Of a stretch of 64,000 bases of DNA, positions 38,528 through 48,711 are shown piece by piece. This stretch comes from Halarcobacter sp. Its GTDB lineage: Bacteria; Campylobacterota; Campylobacteria; Campylobacterales; Arcobacteraceae. The notes below the pieces were generated by a model that worked only from the letters and a program-made list of their open reading frames with translations, was not told the DNA's origin and did no database searches. The stretch's first letter is position 1, and the number at the start of each line of letters is the position of its first letter. Made by a program: the position numbers and the translations under genes. Location: NCBI GenBank assembly GCA_048571215.1, contig CP182352.1:3072001-3136000 (forward strand), in the 5' to 3' direction.

Positions 38528-39979
38528 TTAAAAAATAACTTGACTAACTTCAATAGGCTTACTAAAACCTTTTACTGTAATCAACTCTTTTTCTTCAATT
38601 TTAAAAATATCTTTAAGCTCATTTGCAATATTTTCTTCTACCAAAATCTCATTTTCTTTTGCCAAAGAGCATAATCTTGATGCTAAATTTACACTTGAAC
38701 CTATAGAAGTAAAATCCATTCTATCTTTTGAACCAATATTTCCTACAATAACTTCACCTGTATTTATACCAATTCCTACCTCGCAAACTGACAATTTCAA
38801 CCTTTCTCTTTTTTTATTTTCTATATTAAGCGCTTTTTGTATTTGTATTGCACAATTAATAGCCTTTTGAATACTATCTTCACTAGAAAATGATGCCATA
38901 ATCTCATCTCCGACAAACTTATCAATATCTCCATCATTTTTTTCTATTATTTCTGCTTGTAAATTTAAATAAAAATTTACTATTTCAACAATTTCATCAG
39001 GTTTTTTTGTTTCACTCATTTTTGTAAAACCTCTAATATCAGAGAATAAAAAAGTCAACTTTCTATATTCACCACCTAATACCAAATCTGCTTTTCTATC
39101 TTTTTGTATCATATCAATAGTTGAATCAGAAACAAATTTTTCCATTTTTTCCCGCTCTCTTAGACCATTTATCATTCTATTAAAACTTTTTACTAATACA
39201 CCTATTTCATCTTTCGATTCAACTTTTAAATCAATATCAAGATTTCCTTTAGCAACACTATTTACAGCTTCAGAGATAGATAAAATAGGTTTAGTCAATC
39301 TCAATCCAACAAAATATACTATTATAATAAGTATCGATACCATAATAATAGTAAATAATATAGTGGTCAATATTGTTTTATTAATAACTTTATTTATTGC
39401 ATCTTTATCATAAAGTAAAACAATAGCTCCTAAAAGTAGATTTTGTTCTTTAAACTTATAAATAATTGGTCTTACAAACCGATAGGCTTCAATATCTTTA
39501 CCATTCTCTTCATATTCAATCTCATCCACTAATAAATTATTATTTTTGATACTATCTAATTTATCAATTAATTCTTTGTTTTCTAAATATTTTATTTGTT
39601 TGTATTGTTTAAACCCTGCAAGATAAACAAACTTGTAAGATTGTTCTTTTTTTTCTCTTTCATATACTGAAATATCTAAAAAACCATCTATTTTAGCATC
39701 ATTTAATTCTTTTATAATCTCACTTAGGTTTACTTGATTTTCATAACTACGTTCCAAAAGAGCTATTTTTGAAAAATCCCCTAAATGGTTTATAGAACTT
39801 GTTGTCACTTCAAAAGCTTTTTTTTCTATGGCATCACCCATTATATTAATAATTATTGTACTTAAAATAAAGACAGTAATTATTATTATACTTACTGAAA
39901 AGCCGATGAATTTTAATTTTAATCCACCCTTTTTTAAAAAACTATATAAATTTAATATGATTTTTTCTTTAATTTTCAA
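38528..39979 (-). CDS. Membrane-bound class III adenylate cyclase (periplasmic sensor, HAMP, cyclase)
   Basis: Two TM helices, HAMP (DEIG.L..SFN.M), FSDIRGFT, DKFVGDEIMA, GIGINTG, FTSIG..VNLASRL. Confidence 0.9.
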   Translation of the reverse strand: MKIKEKIILNLYSFLKKGGLKLKFIGFSVSIIIITVFILSTIIINIMGDAIEKKAFEVTTSSINHLGDFSKIALLERSYENQVNLSEIIKELNDAKIDGFLDISVYEREKKEQSYKFVYLAGFKQYKQIKYLENKELIDKLDSIKNNNLLVDEIEYEENGKDIEAYRFVRPIIYKFKEQNLLLGAIVLLYDKDAINKVINKTILTTILFTIIMVSILIIIVYFVGLRLTKPILSISEAVNSVAKGNLDIDLKVESKDEIGVLVKSFNRMINGLREREKMEKFVSDSTIDMIQKDRKADLVLGGEYRKLTFLFSDIRGFTKMSETKKPDEIVEIVNFYLNLQAEIIEKNDGDIDKFVGDEIMASFSSEDSIQKAINCAIQIQKALNIENKKRERLKLSVCEVGIGINTGEVIVGNIGSKDRMDFTSIGSSVNLASRLCSLAKENEILVEENIANELKDIFKIEEKELITVKGFSKPIEVSQVIF

Positions 39980-40269
39980 TTTTTTTGCCTATTAATAATA
40001 ATTCAATTATAACATTTAAAAGTAACATTATGGTAAAAAAATCTGTTTAAATAAAATAAATAATTTTATAATCAACTATAATACTGGTATTTTGTCAATG
40101 AAAATTTTAATAATAACTGAAAAGAGTATAATCTATGCCCATAAAAAATTTTAAATTAAATAAAAATGATTTTATTTAAATAAATAAAAACCTTAGTTAT
40201 AATACAATATTATAATTAACTTTAATAAAGATTTTAATATTATTATAATACTAAATCTAAAGGATAGTA

Positions 40270-41631
40270 GTGGAAAATGATATCGAAGATAAACTCTTTT
40301 ATAGTTTTGAAAAAAAAATAGAAAAATTCAAAAAAAATCCTAAACAATACCACTTTAAGATTGAAGATAGAATAATAAGGCAAGTTTACAATTCCGCGCA
40401 ATCATTTTTTATCTATTTTCTTATAGCCTTAGTATTAAATATATTAGGATTTATCTTATTTAATCTAGCAGAAGACAAATCAGATATCACCAGTTTATTA
40501 GCTATATCTTGCCTTTTCTTAACAGTAGCAACTAGAAACTATAGTGTAAACTATTTTTTATTTCATACTCTAGGGAATCTTGTCAAAAACTACCTTTTAG
40601 ATCAACTTGCAAACAAAATCGGATTTTTACATAGATTTATGGCTATCTCTACTCTTTTTTGGACTTATTTACACTTTAGCTTTACAGATACCAATAATCT
40701 TCTAAAAAACTCTCTAATCTTGATACTGATTTTTTTATTAATCATCATATTGACTGCTTTTGCAGGTTTTAGAAGAAAACATCATGATATATTTGAAAAT
40801 ATTCATAGATATTTAGGTTATACAACTATTTTTATATTGATTGTTTATTATTTTAAATTAAATAGCTTAAATGGTTTAGCAATAGCTGATATAGTTACGA
40901 AACCCCACTTTATTTTATTAACATTTATTGTAATAATGTTAATCACTCCATGGGTTGGTGTAAAAAAAATATATCCAAAACTATTACATAAAAATGAACA
41001 TGTAATAGCCATACAAATAAAAGGTGCTCCAAGTTTTGGTACCTACTCAAAAATCTCCCTTGCAAATGGTCAATTTCATCCATTTGGTGATTCAATCTAT
41101 GATTTTGATGATATGAAAAATCGTACCTTATATATAACTCCATCTGGAGATAGAACAACAAAGATTATAAACGAAACAAATAATGGTAATTTTTTATTAA
41201 ATGAATGTACCATCAAAAAAGATAGATTTCATGGATTTATGTATCAATCTTCAAGATATAATCATATCTTAATAGTAGTTACAGGAGGAGGGATAGCACC
41301 GATTATTCCTTGTTTAGCGTTAAACAAAAAAACAAAATTTGACCTACTTTGGATAGGTCGATCACAAAAAAAAGTATTTGGAAAAAAACTTTTAAATAAA
41401 GTTAAAGATATGATTTCACAAAGAGACATAAGATTACATATTTTGGATACTACAGATGATGATTTGAAAAGATTAACAAATAAAAATTATGTCTCGTTGG
41501 CAATAAAAGCATACAAACACTACAATCCAGAAGCTGTATTTATTATGTCTAATCAGAACCTTACAGTTGATATGATTCATGCTTTCAATGAAAGAAGTAT
41601 AAGAACATATGGAGCAACATTTGATTCATAA
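40270..41631 (+). CDS. Membrane flavoprotein (ferric-reductase-like TM domain plus FNR-like FAD/NAD domain; TmpL-like)
   Basis: About 6 TM helices with FLHR and HHDIFENIHRYLG, then FHPF, VTGGGIAP and terminal YGATFDS. Confidence 0.6.
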   Translation: MENDIEDKLFYSFEKKIEKFKKNPKQYHFKIEDRIIRQVYNSAQSFFIYFLIALVLNILGFILFNLAEDKSDITSLLAISCLFLTVATRNYSVNYFLFHTLGNLVKNYLLDQLANKIGFLHRFMAISTLFWTYLHFSFTDTNNLLKNSLILILIFLLIIILTAFAGFRRKHHDIFENIHRYLGYTTIFILIVYYFKLNSLNGLAIADIVTKPHFILLTFIVIMLITPWVGVKKIYPKLLHKNEHVIAIQIKGAPSFGTYSKISLANGQFHPFGDSIYDFDDMKNRTLYITPSGDRTTKIINETNNGNFLLNECTIKKDRFHGFMYQSSRYNHILIVVTGGGIAPIIPCLALNKKTKFDLLWIGRSQKKVFGKKLLNKVKDMISQRDIRLHILDTTDDDLKRLTNKNYVSLAIKAYKHYNPEAVFIMSNQNLTVDMIHAFNERSIRTYGATFDS

Positions 41632-41707
41632 TTAAAAACTTTACTAAAACTGTCTCATTTATTTTTTATAATATTTAACTATAATTAAAAAAAATAAAAG
41701 GATTACT

Positions 41708-42556
41708 ATGGCTATTGGATTTATTGGATTAGGCAACTTAGGAAAAGCGATTGCTTCAAGACTAACAGATATGAATGAACAACTAATTGTTTATAATAGA
41801 ACCAAATCAAAAATTGAAGACCTAGGATATAAAATAGTAAACTCTCCAAAAGAGCTACTAGAAAAATGTGATATAGTTTTTTTATGTCTATTTGAATCTA
41901 GTGCCGTTGAAAATATTCTAAATATGGAAAATGGTATTTTAAGTGCTGATTTAGAAGGTAAAACAATCATTGATTTGACAACAAATCATTATGAGTCTGT
42001 ATTAACTTTTCATGAAAAAATATATGAAAAAGGTGGAGAATATTTAGAGTCTCCTATTTTTGGAAGTGTAGCACCAGCCTTACAAGGTCTTGTTACAATA
42101 GTAACTTCAGGAAAAAAAGAGACTTTTGACTCTTGTAAACCAATTTTGGAAAAAATAGGAAAAGAGATTTTTTATCTGAAAGAGCCAGGGAAAGCTTCTA
42201 AAATGAAACTAATCAACAATCTATGCTTAGGTTCATTTATGGCAACAATAGCAGAGTGTACAGCTTTAGGTGAAGCCTGTGATATAGAAAAAAGTAAGCT
42301 ACTTGAAATATTGGGTGTAGGTGGTGGACAATCACTTGTATTGAAAGCAAAAACTCAAAAGTTAATTGATGAGGATTTTTCAGCACATTTTTCAAATAAT
42401 GCTATTTATAAAGATCTTCATACCCTACAAGATTTAGCTTATAGTTTAAATCAACCACTATTTTCAGCAGCTGTACCAAAAGAGCTATTTGGACAAATGA
42501 AAAAAGATGGCAAAGGTGAAGAGGATTTTTGTTCTATTTACCAACTATTTAAATAA
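41708..42556 (+). CDS. NAD(P)-dependent oxidoreductase, 3-hydroxyisobutyrate dehydrogenase family
   Basis: IGFIGLGNLG, YNRT, ESPIFGS, KMKLINN. Confidence 0.88.
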   Translation: MAIGFIGLGNLGKAIASRLTDMNEQLIVYNRTKSKIEDLGYKIVNSPKELLEKCDIVFLCLFESSAVENILNMENGILSADLEGKTIIDLTTNHYESVLTFHEKIYEKGGEYLESPIFGSVAPALQGLVTIVTSGKKETFDSCKPILEKIGKEIFYLKEPGKASKMKLINNLCLGSFMATIAECTALGEACDIEKSKLLEILGVGGGQSLVLKAKTQKLIDEDFSAHFSNNAIYKDLHTLQDLAYSLNQPLFSAAVPKELFGQMKKDGKGEEDFCSIYQLFK

Positions 42557-42580
42557 AAATCGATTTAAAATCGATTTTTA
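42554..42580 (+). terminator. Hairpin/terminator
   Basis: TAAAAATCGATTT-A-AAATCGATTTTTA. Confidence 0.5.
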
Positions 42581-42600
42581 TTTTCTATAAATTTACTACC

Positions 42601-43419
42601 ATGAAAACATCCAATAAAACACGTATTTTTGCAGATTCTAAAATGCCTTATGTGGAACTTAGATATTCCAAAACAAATTTAGATTATAAAGAACATATTC
42701 ATGATACTCTCTCAATAGGTGCAATTAGTAAAGGTTCTAGAATTTATCGTAATCAAAATAAAGATTATAATATTTCAAAAAATGATTTGGCCATTATTAA
42801 CCCAAATACCCCTCACAGTTGCAATAGCATAGATAAAAATCAAACAGATTATTATATGCTTTATATCAATAAAGAGTGGCTTTTTAAAATTCAAAAAGAG
42901 ATTAATCCTTCACAAACTCAATTTTGGAATTTTCAAGAAACATTGATTCACAATAAAAAAGATTACGAAACTTTTATTCACTTATGTGAAATACTCTTAT
43001 CAAAAACATTTTATTTAGAAAAAGAAGCTATATTAACTGAGTTTATTACCAATTTATATTTACAATATTTACACCTAGAAGAGAAAACTTATATAAATCA
43101 AAATAGTAAAATCAATAGTATCATTGAGTTTTTAAAAGATAATATACAAGAAAATATTTCATTAGATGAATTATCACAACAATTTAACCTTTCAACATTT
43201 TACATTATCAAATTATTTAAAAAAGAGTTAGGCATAGCTGTTTATACCTATTTTATTAACTTAAAAGTTGAGTATGCTAAAACCCTCCTAAAAAAAGGTT
43301 ATTCTATTGTAAACACAGCCTTGGAGTGTGGATTTTACGATCAAAGTCATTTTCATAGAAACTTTCTTAAGATATCAGCTTTAACACCCAAAGAGTACCA
43401 GGACAATTTCGTACAATAA
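42601..43419 (+). CDS. AraC-family regulator (cupin plus HTH)
   Basis: HIHDTLSIG, INP..PHSC, CGFYDQSHFHRNF. Confidence 0.9.
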   Translation: MKTSNKTRIFADSKMPYVELRYSKTNLDYKEHIHDTLSIGAISKGSRIYRNQNKDYNISKNDLAIINPNTPHSCNSIDKNQTDYYMLYINKEWLFKIQKEINPSQTQFWNFQETLIHNKKDYETFIHLCEILLSKTFYLEKEAILTEFITNLYLQYLHLEEKTYINQNSKINSIIEFLKDNIQENISLDELSQQFNLSTFYIIKLFKKELGIAVYTYFINLKVEYAKTLLKKGYSIVNTALECGFYDQSHFHRNFLKISALTPKEYQDNFVQ

Positions 43420-43459
43420 TTTATTTTTGTTTTTATATAAACTTCAAAAAAGGAGTTTT

Positions 43460-44098
43460 ATGAATACAGAAATTTTTCTACAAGGATTTATACCCCTAGC
43501 ATTGGCACATTTTTTAGCCCTATTAAGTCCTGGTGCTGACTTTTTTATTTTAATATCTACTTCTATAAAGCAGGGGAAATTATCAGGTTTATTAACAGCA
43601 TTTGGTATTGCTTTAGGAAATGCAATATATATTTCTTTTGCACTTTTTGGAATGATTTTGATTCAAAATAACTCCATATTATTTTTTTCTATCAAAATAA
43701 TAGGAGTCTTATATTTACTCTATTTATCTTATGGGTTAATAGCTTCAAAAAAAAGAGATTTATTTTCAAATATATCCTCAGATCTTCACAAGAAAGATAT
43801 TATAAAATCTGTCTTAAAAGGCTTATTTAGCGCCCTATTAAATCCAAAAAATTCTCTTTTTTATTTTACTATGTTTTCTATTTCTAGTAGTGAGCATATC
43901 CCTTTTAATTATCAGTTATACTATGCTATTTGGATGTTTTCTGCTGTTTTAATATGGGATTGTTTTATTGTTTATCTTATCCATTCGAAACAAAATAGAA
44001 TTCTTATTCAAACATATTCAAATAAAATTGAGAAATATTCAGGTTATATTCTTTTAATTCTAGCTTGTATTATCTTATTTGAAAGTATTAAATTCTAA
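43460..44098 (+). CDS. LysE/RhtB-family exporter (start moved from 43427 to the ATG at 43460)
   Basis: AAGGAG RBS, SPGADF, G.LYL.YL, LLNPK. Confidence 0.88.
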   Translation: MNTEIFLQGFIPLALAHFLALLSPGADFFILISTSIKQGKLSGLLTAFGIALGNAIYISFALFGMILIQNNSILFFSIKIIGVLYLLYLSYGLIASKKRDLFSNISSDLHKKDIIKSVLKGLFSALLNPKNSLFYFTMFSISSSEHIPFNYQLYYAIWMFSAVLIWDCFIVYLIHSKQNRILIQTYSNKIEKYSGYILLILACIILFESIKF

Positions 44099-44117
44099 CA
44101 GACTAAATAGTCTGTTA
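44096..44117. terminator. Bidirectional terminator
   Basis: TAACAGACTA-AA-TAGTCTGTTA spanning two convergent stop codons. Confidence 0.65.
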
Positions 44118-44507
44118 TATATCATAAATATAATTTGAGATCTCTATTAGATTTCCATCGGGATCTCTTAAATAAATAGAGTTTATCTGTCCTAAAGCAC
44201 CTGTTCTTTTTACAGGACCTTCTATAACCTCAATAGAAAAACTCTCAATATGTTTTTTAAACTCTACAACACTTACATCACTAATAAAACACAAATCTGC
44301 TGAGCCCTCTTTCACATTTGTAGCTTTAGGCTCAAATTCACTGCCTAATTTATGCAAATTAATCTTTTGATGACCAAACTTCAAAGCAACTCTATTTTCT
44401 TTAAAAACCTCTTTTTTCATACCTAGAACAGCTGTATAAAATGCTACTGTTTCATCTATATCTTTAACTGTCAAAACAAGGTGATCTATAGTTTTTACTT
44501 TAAACAT
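44115..44507 (-). CDS. VOC/glyoxalase family protein
   Basis: IDHLVLTV, QKINLH, GSADLCF, GPV.RTGA, YLRDPDGNLIE. Confidence 0.9.
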   Translation of the reverse strand: MFKVKTIDHLVLTVKDIDETVAFYTAVLGMKKEVFKENRVALKFGHQKINLHKLGSEFEPKATNVKEGSADLCFISDVSVVEFKKHIESFSIEVIEGPVKRTGALGQINSIYLRDPDGNLIEISNYIYDI

Positions 44508-44547
44508 TTTTAGTTCCTCCTTTGCATTTTTTATATTATACTACAAA

Positions 44548-44943
44548 TTATAAAGAACTTAAAAGGGTCAAAAAAGCTTGCTCTTGATATTTTTTTAAAT
44601 CATTTGGGTATTGGATATCGTTTTTCTTTTCAAAGGCACTTATTGTTTGAGCAGATACCAATTCAACGCTACATAATGGGTTTAGTTGTATCAGTCCTTC
44701 CATTTTAAAAGTAACTGCTCCCCCTGAGAAATTACCCTTTTTTGCTCTTTTTTTTATATAAATCTTTTCTATTTGATTTTGTTCTAAAAACAGAAGAAAC
44801 TCATTGCAAAAACCTCTAATACTCTCTTGGTTTTCATCATCTTCTATTGTTAGCTTTTTTATTTTTAAATCTATATATTCATTGTTTTTAAAAACAACTA
44901 AAACTGCATAATTACTTTTTAGTTCCATTGCACAAATATTCAT
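44548..44943 (-). CDS. DUF3010-like hypothetical protein
   Basis: KGNFSGGAVTFKMEGLIQ, recalled as a DUF3010-type motif. Confidence 0.65.
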   Translation of the reverse strand: MNICAMELKSNYAVLVVFKNNEYIDLKIKKLTIEDDENQESIRGFCNEFLLFLEQNQIEKIYIKKRAKKGNFSGGAVTFKMEGLIQLNPLCSVELVSAQTISAFEKKNDIQYPNDLKKYQEQAFLTLLSSL

Positions 44944-45020
44944 GTTTTGCCTTTTTTAATATTTGTGATAGTATAGACAAATTTAAGAAGTGGTTTTAAT
45001 TTTATTGCAAAATGTAAGAC

Positions 45021-46826
45021 TTATTTATTTATTGGAATTCTTATCGTAAATTCTGCACCCCTATAGTAGGTATCTTCATAAGCAAAGTGATCATTTTTTA
45101 CACTTATTTCACCATTCATATGTTTTTCAATCATCTCTTTAGACATATGAAGACCGATTCCAGTGCCATCTTCATCACCTTTTGTTGTAAAGTATGCATC
45201 AAATACTCTATTTAATATAGATTTAGGAATTCCTCCACCATTATCTTTTATAATTAAGTATGCTGCGTTGTCTTTTCTATAAATATTTATAAAAATAATT
45301 CTTTTTCCCTCTTGTTTTACTAAAACATCTTTTGCGTTATTAAGTATATTTATAATTACTTGTTTAAGTTCATTTTCCAGTGCCACAATATTTACATCGT
45401 CTATATTTTCAATAATCTCTATACCTAAAGATATAAATTTTGTTTTAATTAAATTTGCTACTTTTTGATAACAACATTTTAAATTAAACTTTTCTATTTT
45501 TTTATTTGATTTAAAAAATTCTCTAAAATCATCTATTGTATGAGCTAGATATTGAACAGTATCAGTGATGGTTGATAACTGTTTCATCTCTTCATCTTTA
45601 TCAAAAGGTAAGCCCAAATCTTTTTTTAATACCATACCTGAAGTGGTAGTTGAGATAATAGATAAGGGTTGTTTCCATTGGTGGGCTATATTTTCAAGCA
45701 TCTCACCCATGGCTGCCATTTTTGATTGTTGGATTAATTGATGCTCTTTTTCTCTTAACTCAGATTCCATATCTTTTTGTGTAGTAATATCTAAAAACGA
45801 TCCCACATAATATAAAACCTCACCATCATCATCTAATACAACTTGAATAGTTAAATGCTCATTAACAATACTTCCATCTTTATGCTTATTATTTATCTCA
45901 CCCATCCAAAATTGGTTCTCTCTTAGATATCTATTCATATCATCATAAAACTCTCTTGTATGAACTCCTGATTGTAAGATTCTTGGTGTTTGCCCTAATG
46001 CCTCTTCAGCTGAATAACCAGTGATAGTTGTAAAGGCTTTATTAACATGTAATATTTTTTGGTCTTTATCTGTAATTGTGATTCCATTTTGAGTATCAAA
46101 AGTTACAGCTGCTAGTTTAAGCATTTTATGAGAAGATTCCAATCTTTCAAGCATAGTATTTACGCCCTCATATAGTTTCCCATACTCATTTTGCTCATCT
46201 GTATGAATTCTACTTTTTAAGGAATCAGCTAATTCAATTTTATTTAAAAATGCTACCAAATCTAAAATAGGTAAGGTAAATTTTCTTGCAGAATAATTTG
46301 CTAAAACATAAGATATTATAAACATAAATCCCAATATAAAAAGTAGCATATTAATATTTTTTTCTATAACATCATAGATAGTATGTACATGTAGTTTTAA
46401 TTGAACATAACCTAAATGTGTATCTTTATATTTAGCATCTACATATAGTTTTAAAATATTCCCCTCAACAACTAATTTTCGCAGTTCTTTAGGAGGTAAA
46501 GGATTAACCTTAAAACTAATATTATCTTTGCTATATTGTAAAATTGGTTTCCCATTTAGCATATATAAAACCATAGTATCTAAATCTGAAAATGATTTCA
46601 AAGAAGATGAGATATCAGCTGCTGCTGATACATCATTTAAAAGTATTAGTTTTGCAAAATCTTGTCCCAAAACTAAACTTACAGTTTTTGACAAATCTAT
46701 AGCTCTTTTATATTGATTACCCATATACCAATATACAAATGTACTATAACCTATAAGTGCAGTTAATAAAGTAACTGACATGATTATTAATATAAGTTTT
46801 CTTTTTATTGAGTATTTACACAGCAA
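45021..46826 (-). CDS. Sensor histidine kinase (periplasmic domain, HAMP, PAS, HisKA, HATPase)
   Basis: Two TM helices, PAS (VNKAF..ITGYS.EE.LG..PRILQSG), MGEM..NIAHQWKQPL, DNGGG, GTGIGL. Confidence 0.9.
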   Translation of the reverse strand: MLCKYSIKRKLILIIMSVTLLTALIGYSTFVYWYMGNQYKRAIDLSKTVSLVLGQDFAKLILLNDVSAAADISSSLKSFSDLDTMVLYMLNGKPILQYSKDNISFKVNPLPPKELRKLVVEGNILKLYVDAKYKDTHLGYVQLKLHVHTIYDVIEKNINMLLFILGFMFIISYVLANYSARKFTLPILDLVAFLNKIELADSLKSRIHTDEQNEYGKLYEGVNTMLERLESSHKMLKLAAVTFDTQNGITITDKDQKILHVNKAFTTITGYSAEEALGQTPRILQSGVHTREFYDDMNRYLRENQFWMGEINNKHKDGSIVNEHLTIQVVLDDDGEVLYYVGSFLDITTQKDMESELREKEHQLIQQSKMAAMGEMLENIAHQWKQPLSIISTTTSGMVLKKDLGLPFDKDEEMKQLSTITDTVQYLAHTIDDFREFFKSNKKIEKFNLKCCYQKVANLIKTKFISLGIEIIENIDDVNIVALENELKQVIINILNNAKDVLVKQEGKRIIFINIYRKDNAAYLIIKDNGGGIPKSILNRVFDAYFTTKGDEDGTGIGLHMSKEMIEKHMNGEISVKNDHFAYEDTYYRGAEFTIRIPINK

Positions 46827-46838
46827 AATATTTATCCA

Positions 46839-47726
46839 CTACTTTTCTATAATTTTTGAAGGATTATCAATGGGTACCTCGTTGTCATTTCCCCACTCTA
46901 TCCAAGAGCCGTCATATACAGCTGCTTTATACCCAAGCTCTTTTAAAACTATATAGTTTAATGCAGCATCTGCTCCACCATCACAATATAGAATTATCTC
47001 TTTATTTTTTGGGATATTTTTATAAATCTTTTTTAATTCACTAAACTCTTTCATCACACTACCATCACTTGTAACTTGAAAGTTTTGTGTGCATGCATAG
47101 TTTTGAGCTGTTGGAATATGTCCATATCTTTTTGCTATTGATTCTTGCCCTTCATAATGTGACTCTTTTCTTCCATCAATTATGGTTTTTTTACCAATAG
47201 AAAGTAGGGTACTAAGTTTTGTTTCAATCTTTTCATTATCTATTCTTGGGACAAACTCTTTTCTAGTAACTTTTGGAATATAAGATGAAGTTGGCAACTG
47301 CTGTTTTAATAGATTTCCATAACTTACTTTTAAAATACCTACATTTTTATGTCCTAAAATATCAAGTATCCAAAAAAATCTTGCTGCCCAAGTAAAATCT
47401 CCATTGTCATAAGCTACAACAATACTATCACTATCTATACCTGCATTACTAAATAACTCTTTCAAAAAATCTAGCTTAGGCATTAAATATCTTTCATCAA
47501 ATAAAGATTCCAATCCTGGAATATTAACAGCATTTTTTATATGCTCTTTTTTATATTCAGCTTTTTGTCTTAAATCCACAATTACTAACCTTGGATTGCT
47601 AAGATTACGTTTTAACCAAGATACAGGAACAATTGAAGGAACTATCTTTTTATTATCTACAGAAGGCTCACTAAAAAGGAATGTTGATGTTAATAATAAA
47701 ATAAAAACTACTTTTAAAAATCTCAT
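46839..47726 (-). CDS. Exported tandem rhodanese / sulfurtransferase
   Basis: Signal-peptide-like N-terminus, HIKNAVN, AAR.FW.L, GHIPTA, active-site YCDGGA, YDGSWIEW. Confidence 0.85.
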   Translation of the reverse strand: MRFLKVVFILLLTSTFLFSEPSVDNKKIVPSIVPVSWLKRNLSNPRLVIVDLRQKAEYKKEHIKNAVNIPGLESLFDERYLMPKLDFLKELFSNAGIDSDSIVVAYDNGDFTWAARFFWILDILGHKNVGILKVSYGNLLKQQLPTSSYIPKVTRKEFVPRIDNEKIETKLSTLLSIGKKTIIDGRKESHYEGQESIAKRYGHIPTAQNYACTQNFQVTSDGSVMKEFSELKKIYKNIPKNKEIILYCDGGADAALNYIVLKELGYKAAVYDGSWIEWGNDNEVPIDNPSKIIEK

Positions 47727-47835
47727 ATAAAACTCTCTACTTATAAATAAATAAATATTATACTCAAAGCAGTGTTATATATTAATTAAAGTTTAATAAT
47801 ATATACTTATATATCATTTAATATTTTTTTAAGTA

Positions 47836-48711
47836 TTACACTTTTTGCTTTGTTCTATAAACAATTCTATTTCGACCTAGCTCTTTTGCTTCATATAAAT
47901 TATCATCAGCAAGTTTTAATAATAAGTCCAAATTTTTTGTTGTTATATCTTTTTTTGCTATCCCTGAACTAATAGTAAATTTTACTTCCTTGTTTTCATT
48001 TGTTAAAACTACATCTTCTTGTATTTCTTTCAATATTTTCTTTATTTTTTCTTCCATAGGTTTTATCGATATAATTGCAAACTCTTCCCCACCTAATCTT
48101 CCAAATATCTCATCCTCTTCTAAATAGCTATTTATTATATTTGTAACTTTAATAATAACCTTGTCACCAATATCATGACCATAAATATCGTTTATTTTTT
48201 TAAATCTATCAATATCTATCATAACAGCAAATAGTTCATCATTTTCAAAAAGTTTTTGTGATAATTCAAAAAATTTTCTTCTATTAAGAATACCTGTCAT
48301 AGGATCTCTTGAAGCTAAAAATTCTAAATTCTCTATTAAAGATCGTATCTCAAGTTGCTGCTTAACCCTAGCTAATAACTCTTTTGGTTTAAAAGGTTTT
48401 GTAACATAATCTACCCCACCTATATCATAGGCTATCTCGATACTATTTTCATCTGTTTTTGCTGTTATAAAAATAATTGGAATATCTTTTGTATCCTCTT
48501 TTTGTTTCAATTGCTTACACACTTCATAACCATCAATACCTGGCATCATAATATCAAGGAGTATTAAATCTATTTTTTCCTCTTGTGCTATTTTAATAGC
48601 TGATATTCCATCAATTGCAACTACTAAATCATACCCTTCTAACAAACCCAATAAGATATCAATATTAGTTTCTGTATCATCAACTACAAGAATTGTTTTA
48701 TTTTTATTCAT
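47836..48711 (-). CDS. Response regulator diguanylate cyclase (REC-GGDEF)
   Basis: [43 protein letters not shown]. Confidence 0.93.
   Translation of the reverse strand: MNKNKTILVVDDTETNIDILLGLLEGYDLVVAIDGISAIKIAQEEKIDLILLDIMMPGIDGYEVCKQLKQKEDTKDIPIIFITAKTDENSIEIAYDIGGVDYVTKPFKPKELLARVKQQLEIRSLIENLEFLASRDPMTGILNRRKFFELSQKLFENDELFAVMIDIDRFKKINDIYGHDIGDKVIIKVTNIINSYLEEDEIFGRLGGEEFAIISIKPMEEKIKKILKEIQEDVVLTNENKEVKFTISSGIAKKDITTKNLDLLLKLADDNLYEAKELGRNRIVYRTKQKV

Noticed and set aside
40156..40179. Palindrome TTAAATAAAAATGATTTTATTTAA as an operator
   Set aside because: It is almost entirely A/T within an extremely AT-rich spacer, so it cannot be distinguished from chance.
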